In this document: positions 20,201 to 27,461 of the stretch, one piece after another
How positions within the stretch are numbered: the first letter of the stretch is position 1
Layout of the letters: the number at the start of each line of letters is the position of its first letter
DNA from: a virus
Lineage: Duplodnaviria > Caudoviricetes
Length of the DNA stretch: 51,749 nucleotides
IMG/VR virus record: IMGVR_UViG_3300020183_006961
Span: 1-51,749 of that record
Reading direction: 5' to 3' (one strand)
Notes under the pieces: generated by a model
The model's database searches: none
Seen by the model: the letters and a program-made list of their open reading frames with translations, nothing else
Told to the model about the DNA's origin: nothing
Translations under genes and position numbers: made by a program

Positions 20201-22365
20201 GCAGAAATTTAAATGGAGGATTAATGACTAGCGCTGGGACTATTTCTGAAGAAAGTGCTAGCATATTTATGGGTCCAAACGCAGACGATGCGAATAATTA
20301 TTATTATTTTTGCAGAGTTGAGGGCCGCTTCGGCTGGAGAGACAGCGAGTTTGCAAAAATTACACAGGACGATACCGTTACCGCTTCTATAGCGATATAT
20401 TCCAAAGTCGGCACTATGAGTAGCCCTCAAATGATTGTGGGAGATCCAAAAGATAAAATCCAATTTAAATTTCCAGCACGCTGCGGAATTATTCCTGACC
20501 CAGATATTCTGTCAGAAGCAGTCCAAGAAACGATTTTTCTGCCGGGAAACAAAATTCGTTCAGAGTGTACGATGACAAGAATTGTTGGCCCAGAAGGTGT
20601 AAGAGGTGTAACAAGAGTTTTCACGCCTAGCACAAACGTTGACACAATAGGAAAAACTATCAGAGGAGCTCATTTTCAAGAGCTTGGGGAGATTGTAGAT
20701 AATACAATAAAAATTACCGATGATCAGGCTAAGATTCTTTATTGTCGTAGAGCTTTACCATATTGTAATGTTGATGCGAATGGGAATGCTATAACTCAAA
20801 CTTGGCCTGGAGTTCCCATAAGTTTTCCAGGTTTTATTCATAGAACGCGTTATGTAAAAGCAATATTTTCCGACAAAAACTCGGGGGGCCGAAAAATAGC
20901 CGACATTCGAAACATTGCGCAATTTTATCCACAGATTACGTACCGTGGAACCGATTTACTGTACGGACAAAATTATAATGATAATCAAGGACACGATCAA
21001 TTTCAAGAGAATTTAGGGGCTATAAAAATACTGTCTCGAAAAAGAGAGAATAATTTTAATAATCAGGCAATCGAGATTGTTCCATCGCAAGCGAGAGCAT
21101 TTAGTAGTCGCAGTGAGCCGGGCTTCCAGCAAGCTATAACAGAATTAAATCTCCCACAGGGGACTCCTCCGCTAGAAGTGTGGTCGACAATACTCCAGGA
21201 AAAATTTTTCAGACCAAGAGAAATTGCTGGGAATAAAGTAAAACAATTTCTTAATAAGCATTTTGGTTTTTCCTTGCAAGGCAACCTTCAAGTAAACCCA
21301 GCTATCACAAATGACGTAATCACTGGTCCCGAATGCGGATATGTAGACCCAACCGCCGGGAGGTTAATGCACTATTACGTAGAAGCAAAAGGAAACTATA
21401 ATATTGCTTGCTTTGATGATGGGTCAACAATAAGAAACACGGCTTTTATTGCGCCCGGATTGAGAACGGGAAGACCTGGACTACAGTATAACTTTTTAGG
21501 CAAACCAAATAGTACTCGTTTGCGTTGGAAAAGTATGCCAGGACCGTACGCCTTTCAGTGGAAAGTCGAAAGACACAATAGAGACAGAAATGGAAACGGA
21601 ATGCCTCTTGGATTTTATTCTTATATTTATGGAACAAGAATAGATGATTTGTATGATGCTGCAGCAGTATATGGTGCTTCAATGAGAATTCGTCCTCCCG
21701 ACCCAGGGCTTCGGAACGACATAAAAAATTTAAAAAAACTGAGACAGATTGCGTTTAACGCAGGAATGGATGGTTATTCAGATCAAACCACCCAAGTATT
21801 GGTTACAACCCACGGAGTCTACGGCCCACCAGGAAGAGGCTGCGGCACACTTCAATGGAAGATATTTGATGACGGGGGTTGTTTCCCAAACTGCGAGATC
21901 GTAGACTATATTGAAGCGGCTTCAAATTTCGGTTCGCCAGAGCGCCGCGATTTTCCACGGGATTATAAAGACTTTGGATGCTTACCCCAGCCAACGAAAG
22001 ATTTTAAAAAACTTTTTGGAGGTTGTTTTCCTCCTTGTTTAAGTTTAAAATATCCAGAAGGATTTAATCCTAAAGGGGGACGGTCATTTAACATGAAACT
22101 CAACGGGGGTAGGAATGAAAATATATTTCTTTGTCACCCATCTTCTTCGAATCAATTACAACCACAGCAGAAGTTTGCATATAGAAATTCGAAACTTGCC
22201 AATATCATACGCATAAATATGACTCCATGTGAAGATGGAAAAGATTTTAATAAAGACTTGTGCAATTATTTAACTCCAACACTTCATTTAGGCACTGATA
22301 CTTGGCCTTCTGGGCCGCAGCCTAACTCAAATTTAAATATTGCGAAAAAATTTTTCTTGTTCTAA
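17287..22365 (+). CDS. Very large Cys/Gly/Pro-rich virion protein with an interrupted Ig-like domain (1692 aa)
   Basis: 'FLQQP..F.V.A', 'YKWY' and 'YYFCRV..R.G..DS..A.I' form an Ig I-set-like motif series; probably a tail fibre or adhesin. Confidence 0.6.
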   Translation: MNLNNKTGFSFKAGGFYDGSFPIIKEGAIEKVFDWNSGLKTAFPHNGDADTLGYALLMSGNISEKIYETCHGVGYHEDDIGTKAGRTGEYNFYNAPYGPGYYQPPFGEFHSIAEGEDTIKSSSTRKLGELNKPDQLNLFGLRLREVQNTKGYQGFDECMASIESAPMVRFHEVPSYCPRKANQKKVEKYVLAYPHLSVGSLATYELTNGGFSHGLFGGNIYNHNPFPCSYDRGMIIVNSVYKMVNRPSMPFTAAKCRYDITGPVGVTKLNPYDRAGDYPTLNEGLKGGKSNPDGFPNSPTPVSFTQESKERHVEGLADFDMNSVKKFILFGKGADRFFSFNAGMYWDFVFKGNHRILPFGNETEINGKQAIKQNDLERENHWWEHREYPQNIDFLNHAYGNNLNACPSNYLDVPYYASIGRFGYLGARFQNTLTKGKTGADHPDGLFAHVGYEKSSSPVKDSMSNNYDTLLKTAATEAQNYSWFVSDRSLFLNLNKNILSGSQEYKDFKNSTSITQEVKDSFDVLCDIGATGLNFTTAEQSGTKNDFFISGINRGPESFVYDESPIEKLALNLSGADLLSFDNLIKKYASFKVKDVIGNIDTEWYDNVTNQKRRRIASGYYSNIVLGNPVDLFPDNQITFCLEKANDFINSKYIKFATINPSSNQGPTEEVPVTDRRYFSTSFSKQTELDRVSGIVSEAKNKIKSISPHKYNNDLTGSTNNFYLGNMNRKKCGIDNFIPEREVSGGRSLGSANLSLTVINPPHKYQGAIFNSSHWSKFAAVPWTTDEDQDGNPIAIPPVEDYRINPLRSGWHTVGLGDIGKIKGHSNFSCFLPLFLQQPRNEFVKLRQPPKFRVYALDYHSIPEEKIRENLGTAPRARGTISNVGNGFGDDGGRIPGHPEINYWLLKTKTTNQRGKNLYPLKYKWYRITRTNAPNYYKTKNQNLLEASSIIGDWCCAEGDGPDCTVIKPKECRNLNGGLMTSAGTISEESASIFMGPNADDANNYYYFCRVEGRFGWRDSEFAKITQDDTVTASIAIYSKVGTMSSPQMIVGDPKDKIQFKFPARCGIIPDPDILSEAVQETIFLPGNKIRSECTMTRIVGPEGVRGVTRVFTPSTNVDTIGKTIRGAHFQELGEIVDNTIKITDDQAKILYCRRALPYCNVDANGNAITQTWPGVPISFPGFIHRTRYVKAIFSDKNSGGRKIADIRNIAQFYPQITYRGTDLLYGQNYNDNQGHDQFQENLGAIKILSRKRENNFNNQAIEIVPSQARAFSSRSEPGFQQAITELNLPQGTPPLEVWSTILQEKFFRPREIAGNKVKQFLNKHFGFSLQGNLQVNPAITNDVITGPECGYVDPTAGRLMHYYVEAKGNYNIACFDDGSTIRNTAFIAPGLRTGRPGLQYNFLGKPNSTRLRWKSMPGPYAFQWKVERHNRDRNGNGMPLGFYSYIYGTRIDDLYDAAAVYGASMRIRPPDPGLRNDIKNLKKLRQIAFNAGMDGYSDQTTQVLVTTHGVYGPPGRGCGTLQWKIFDDGGCFPNCEIVDYIEAASNFGSPERRDFPRDYKDFGCLPQPTKDFKKLFGGCFPPCLSLKYPEGFNPKGGRSFNMKLNGGRNENIFLCHPSSSNQLQPQQKFAYRNSKLANIIRINMTPCEDGKDFNKDLCNYLTPTLHLGTDTWPSGPQPNSNLNIAKKFFLF

Positions 22366-22421
22366 GAAGTTTATTTAAAAATACGTGATTGCATTTTAAA
22401 TCAATTCGTCTATGTAAAAAT

Positions 22422-25400
22422 ATGGGAAATGAATTTGAAATAGAAAGCGAGCTTTCAGATGAAAGCCTAAACGCTATTCACTCTTACGCTTTAATAGCTG
22501 GGTCTGCTTACGCTTTTAAAACACTTGTACCAGAGAACGAAGAAATACGTGAGCAGTTGTTTTTGGAGGAAAAAGAAGAGGGATATAATTTTCTCAAACA
22601 AATATCATTAGCCGTAAATCCGAACAGAGAGCAAAAAAGCTATTCAGGTTACATTATGATCGTAGATCTTAGAATCGAAAACAGATCTCACTACGAAGTT
22701 TTTATTAACAAATTTTCTGTTTTAGAAAGCGTAAAAAACGCAATATTTAACATAATCAAAGGTCCGGAAAATTTAAAAGAAAAAAATTCTTGGCTGATTA
22801 CCTCTATTATTTTTGGATATTCTTCCACTTACTCTCTTGCGGAAGATTTTAAAAATTCATTTAAAGAAATTGAAAAAAAAATTAAGGCTAGTAATGGCCA
22901 AAAGGAAGAAGAGGAATTAATTTTATTTTCTGATTTAGAAAAAATTTTTAATGAAAACGTGCCGATGTTTTCTTCGATAATAAGAGATTATTTAAATGAA
23001 ATTCCAAAGACAAGTGATATAGTCCATATTATAAAATATATTGACGTTGGTAAATTTTTTACCGGAGTTCCTCCACCAGATACGACTTTAATGAAAGATT
23101 GTGAGATTCAAAGTTATAGAATAAGTGGACAAATTACTCCAAAATATTTTTCTGGAAGCGCTGCTGATCTTTTAATTTTTAATCCTAATTTAAGAGAATG
23201 TCAGCAAATTGTATCTGGAGAAGAAACTGGATTCTCATTTTATCCATGTGCTAAAGAATCAATAAGACCCAGAGAGTTGATTTTTAATCAACTAATTTTT
23301 GATGGTCCATACACTTCTGGAGGTCCGGAAACTGCCGCTTTAGGAATTCCAATTCTCAGAGAGGTGGAAAACGAAACATACACGCAGGATAGAAAGCTTC
23401 AAAAAATACAGCATATGGGAATCGGAAAAGCAGGGCCAGAATCTTATATTGCTTCTTATAAGAATGGATGGATTTTTGATGAATTTACTGGTCAAAGATT
23501 TTTATCTTTCATTGGAGATGTTAACACTTTATCTACGGTTGATATTCTTAAAAAATTCGAGGTGCTTGGCGCGAACGGCTTTCTCCTCAACCGGCCTACG
23601 GGTAACTTTCATTTTTTAGGAAAACGACAATTTATAACGGGTCAAGATTATATAGTGCAAAAAGCTTTCCATTTGGGAGACGTTAAAAAAATAGGATCAG
23701 GTTTTTCGCCCATAGTATTTAGACTTAATAAAAAAGAAAATGATGAAATATATTCTGGTTTGGAGATCAACTTGTTTGATAAAGTTAAAAACAGTGGAAT
23801 TTTGATGACATATTCTTTGTCTCCAGATTCGGGTATTTTAAGCTCTCATCGCCCAGGAGAAGTAAAACTTCCATCGCTTAATATAGAAAACAATAGACCA
23901 AACCTGCCGTTCATGGGAATAAGCGCTGATTTTAGTAGCAAAAATTTTAATATTAACCCGTCTGTAAAATTTAATTTTGGTACGACCACTTCGCAAACTC
24001 TGCCCAGAGGCGACGTAGAATATGGAATAGAAGCTAGTGATTTTTCATTTACCGGATTCAACTTTACTGGTAAGATTTTTCCTCTAAGCTCGGGAAAAAT
24101 AAAATACACCACAGAAATATCATCCGCAAAAATTAAACCGGTTTCTCCAGCTTTCACTACGCTTTTTCATACAGCGATTGATGCCAACGGCAACAACGTG
24201 ACGCATCCTACTATAAGCGATAGTAAATTTTTGTTACAACGAGCCTTGGGTTTTCCATTAACTGGAGACTGTTTGCCAAAATCTGATACGGGAGTTTTTT
24301 ATGGAATAGATTACTCATACTATAGAATAGGACGAGAAGATGTACCATATGCAGTTCCGTTTTGGGTCTTCCCGCGCGACCCGTTCGCTCCGTATCGAGT
24401 AGTGGTCTATCCACCTACTATAAAAGTTTTCGCCCAGCAAAGTATAATCGGTGACCCATCAATATTAAGATATATAGGAGATCATACTAAAAAAATATCA
24501 AGAAAACAAGTTTTTGGCCCGCTAGACGAACCCTCAGATTCGAATTTGGGCGTGGGATTCAATCAAAGAATGACATCTATTGAAAACCCCGCCGATAAAG
24601 ACTATAAATATGTAAGAAATTTAAATCCCGCAAGATACTATAGTGGATTATTCGCTTCGAATAGAAAAGTTTTCTTGTATCCTGCAGCGGAAAAAGTTTA
24701 CAATAGCGGTTCGATTTTTAATGCTGCTAAAAAATCATTCCCAAATAAGATAAGCGTAACCTATGAAGTGGAAGAGCGGTATTTTAAAAACGTAACAGAC
24801 TTCGGTAGATTTAATACTAGTGTGACGCAAGGTTTAGATTCTTTGAAAAATGAAATTTGGGTAGATCAGGATTTTTCTCATCCAAATGCGTATCGCCCAA
24901 ATAGTCCTTACCCACCAAGTCCAATTTGGACGTTTAAACCAGGAAATCCGGGTGTAAATTTAAATGGAATATTTTATACTGGTTTAGATTTTCCTCTTGA
25001 GATTGAAATGGGATCTATTAGAAATATACGTTCTGAATTGTTTTTTAATGTACAACAAGACTCTTATGGTGACATTAATCATACAATAACACCTCTTTTT
25101 AGTGGAAATAAGCAAGACGTGGAAAAAAAAGTAAAATATGAAATAACAGTAGATTACACATACACACCTCCGATAAAATCTTTATCCGATTGGCAAAACT
25201 ATCCGATTCATGCTCATAGAGCTTTTGTTTCCACTGGAGATACGCTAATTAATCTCTCTGATTTTCCGCCGCAGGATTTGCTGTCAGGTGATCTATCTGG
25301 CAAATGGTCTGAAGCTTTAAATAAAGCAATGAATAATTATTATGGTCAGGACCCTTTGTTTTTGGCGGATCTAGATGCTGCAAGCACAGAAGAGCCAAAG

Positions 25401-26807
25401 GGTAATGCAAATGAAAATGTATTAAATCAAAATTTATCTGGAGACGCTTGGAATGGTTTTTATATTAAAAGTGGAGCGGTAGTATTTCCTTCGCTTCACC
25501 AGCCATACAGAGTTCCTTCAGCGGATTGCAGGTTATTTTTTTTCCACAACAACTTAAAAGAAAACAGAATCTTTATAAGAAACGCAGACATATTTCCATC
25601 TTTCCCTGCTGACGTTCAATTCAGTGGGAAAAATTTAGCGGATTTTTGTTTCCCCGGCGAAAAATTTACTAGGCAAAATAAAAATTTAGCGAATCCTAGT
25701 ACTGGTCCAAGCCTGGGACACGGTAATAACAGCTGTTTTGAAATATCGGGTTTAAGTTTATTCAGCGGAGGTTTGGAAAAAGAAATTTCTTATAAAATAC
25801 AAAGAACTGGTACACTTTATCGTATTCCGACGGGAGAATTCAACAAGGGAATATTTCTACCAAAAATAACACCAACAGAACGCGGAGAATATATTGATAA
25901 ATATTATCCTGAGTTAAAAGGTTTTACTTTTTATTCTGGCGTTGAAGATTTTTCGAAAAGCATAGGTGGCTATTATCTAGATTACGAAGAGGGATCTGAA
26001 ATTAAAATTAATAAAAAGTCTTTTAAAATTTATTCAGGAATATTTCCACAATTTGATGAAGTATTTCAGTTTGAAAATAGCGGAAAATTAGCCTTCAGTG
26101 GAGAATTTTCATACAACTCTCAAGAAGAAAGTTGCATAATTAGTCATGGCGTCCAAGTGAATGAAAAAGGAAATGAAAAAGACAAGTTCCAGGAAATGGG
26201 TTATAAATTTAGTTATATTTCACCTGTTTTAGTTAATAGAATTGATTTGCAAACTTTGGGATATGGAGTTTTAAACTTTCCAACAAGACAAATTGCAAGG
26301 AGGAATAAGATTATTACCGGTAATGATAGGTTTATAAACAAAAACATGGGATATCCAAATTATCACAACCATTTTTATATGGGAGTATTACCAGAATTTT
26401 GTTATTTCTCTAGCGACAGGTCAATAATTGGGACCCCTACTCAAGACACTCTTTATTACCCTAAATCTGAAATAATAAGCTCTTCTAGTTATGATTATAA
26501 AGAGCAATATGAAGATGGATCATTTTATGAAATGAAAACAGTAGACAAAGAATATGAAGTTGTAAAATCTATGAGACTTTACGATTCAACTTTTTGTGAT
26601 GCAGTATTTAATAGTGGTACTGGTTTTATTGAAATTTTGCCAACCGGAGACTCTTTAAATTCAAATTCCGAATGCAAGCAATTTTGGGCTCCGAATGGAA
26701 CTTCTATAAGCGATCTGGAGCTTGAAGAAGGTGCGCTTAATTTTATTTCAAAAACAAAAGATAGAAGCTCAGATATTTCTGATATAAAATCAACAGGGCA
26801 GCCATAA
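22422..26807 (+). CDS. Very large probable structural protein (about 1460 aa)
   Basis: Long ORF; ATG at 22422 preferred over TTG at 22389; very [S/T]-G rich. Confidence 0.65.
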   Translation: MGNEFEIESELSDESLNAIHSYALIAGSAYAFKTLVPENEEIREQLFLEEKEEGYNFLKQISLAVNPNREQKSYSGYIMIVDLRIENRSHYEVFINKFSVLESVKNAIFNIIKGPENLKEKNSWLITSIIFGYSSTYSLAEDFKNSFKEIEKKIKASNGQKEEEELILFSDLEKIFNENVPMFSSIIRDYLNEIPKTSDIVHIIKYIDVGKFFTGVPPPDTTLMKDCEIQSYRISGQITPKYFSGSAADLLIFNPNLRECQQIVSGEETGFSFYPCAKESIRPRELIFNQLIFDGPYTSGGPETAALGIPILREVENETYTQDRKLQKIQHMGIGKAGPESYIASYKNGWIFDEFTGQRFLSFIGDVNTLSTVDILKKFEVLGANGFLLNRPTGNFHFLGKRQFITGQDYIVQKAFHLGDVKKIGSGFSPIVFRLNKKENDEIYSGLEINLFDKVKNSGILMTYSLSPDSGILSSHRPGEVKLPSLNIENNRPNLPFMGISADFSSKNFNINPSVKFNFGTTTSQTLPRGDVEYGIEASDFSFTGFNFTGKIFPLSSGKIKYTTEISSAKIKPVSPAFTTLFHTAIDANGNNVTHPTISDSKFLLQRALGFPLTGDCLPKSDTGVFYGIDYSYYRIGREDVPYAVPFWVFPRDPFAPYRVVVYPPTIKVFAQQSIIGDPSILRYIGDHTKKISRKQVFGPLDEPSDSNLGVGFNQRMTSIENPADKDYKYVRNLNPARYYSGLFASNRKVFLYPAAEKVYNSGSIFNAAKKSFPNKISVTYEVEERYFKNVTDFGRFNTSVTQGLDSLKNEIWVDQDFSHPNAYRPNSPYPPSPIWTFKPGNPGVNLNGIFYTGLDFPLEIEMGSIRNIRSELFFNVQQDSYGDINHTITPLFSGNKQDVEKKVKYEITVDYTYTPPIKSLSDWQNYPIHAHRAFVSTGDTLINLSDFPPQDLLSGDLSGKWSEALNKAMNNYYGQDPLFLADLDAASTEEPKGNANENVLNQNLSGDAWNGFYIKSGAVVFPSLHQPYRVPSADCRLFFFHNNLKENRIFIRNADIFPSFPADVQFSGKNLADFCFPGEKFTRQNKNLANPSTGPSLGHGNNSCFEISGLSLFSGGLEKEISYKIQRTGTLYRIPTGEFNKGIFLPKITPTERGEYIDKYYPELKGFTFYSGVEDFSKSIGGYYLDYEEGSEIKINKKSFKIYSGIFPQFDEVFQFENSGKLAFSGEFSYNSQEESCIISHGVQVNEKGNEKDKFQEMGYKFSYISPVLVNRIDLQTLGYGVLNFPTRQIARRNKIITGNDRFINKNMGYPNYHNHFYMGVLPEFCYFSSDRSIIGTPTQDTLYYPKSEIISSSSYDYKEQYEDGSFYEMKTVDKEYEVVKSMRLYDSTFCDAVFNSGTGFIEILPTGDSLNSNSECKQFWAPNGTSISDLELEEGALNFISKTKDRSSDISDIKSTGQP

Positions 26808-26815
26808 TTGCTATA

Positions 26816-26888
26816 TGGCTGCAAAGGTTGGATTCCAACCGTTCGGTTAACAGCGGATTTGAACCTCCGACAATTGAGCTACTTTGGA
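26816..26888 (-). pseudogene. Degenerate/scrambled tRNA-Asn(GTT)-like element
   Basis: The minus strand reads TCCAAAG-TA-GCTCAATTG...CTGTTAA-CCGAA-CGGTTGGAATCCAAC-CTTTGCA-G-CCA. It has a 6/7-bp acceptor stem, U8A9, a D-stem start, a CT-GTT-AA loop, G73 and an encoded CCA. The T-loop and anticodon stem are damaged. Confidence 0.75.
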
Positions 26889-26901
26889 GTCTGCATTACG
26901 C

Positions 26902-27459
26902 TCACCATTCTTCATCTTGAGAAGAGGTAGAATTTTCAGTTGACTTACTGGTGGGTTGTTGATTTAAACTTTCAGAGATTTCTTCTTGAGATTGAACTTC
27001 TTCCTCAAAGGAAACTTTAATATACTCTTCTAAAAACATCTTAAGAAGCAAAGCCTCATTGGGATAAAAGCCCATAGAAAATTGAATCTTATCGACGCTA
27101 TTAGTCGCTTCCTCTTTCAAGATTCTTAAAGAAAATCCCTTCTCTTGATTTGTAGTTTTATCGATCATCAGACCAAAATTTATCATAAGGTTTTGATTTT
27201 TGCTCTTATGATATGTTTTAAACTCGGCTTTAGTATTGATTGAGTTAATCATACTCGCCGCTTCTAGTGCGTTTAGCTTGGAAGCCATGCTTTTCTGAGG
27301 GTTGTTTACATTATCTTTAAACGACCCGCGTTTCTTGGAGTCATCCCAAGTGGATTGCTTGGTTATTTTAAAAAATAGCTCATTATTTTTACCGATTGAA
27401 ATTTGAAACGCCGCACCGGTATTTTTTGAGTTGGGCTTATAGAATGTTAGTCTTTTCAT
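26902..27459 (-). CDS. Putative single-stranded DNA-binding protein (Whirly/PC4-like fold suspected)
   Basis: Directly downstream of the polymerase gene; basic/aromatic core followed by a disordered acidic tail ending ...SQDEEW. Confidence 0.55.
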   Translation of the reverse strand: MKRLTFYKPNSKNTGAAFQISIGKNNELFFKITKQSTWDDSKKRGSFKDNVNNPQKSMASKLNALEAASMINSINTKAEFKTYHKSKNQNLMINFGLMIDKTTNQEKGFSLRILKEEATNSVDKIQFSMGFYPNEALLLKMFLEEYIKVSFEEEVQSQEEISESLNQQPTSKSTENSTSSQDEEW

Positions 27460-27461
27460 AT

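Noticed and set aside
26816-26888. Functional tRNA-Asn
   Set aside because: The T-loop lacks TTCG, the anticodon stem has two mismatches and the D-loop GG is disrupted, so it is reported as a pseudogene-like element.
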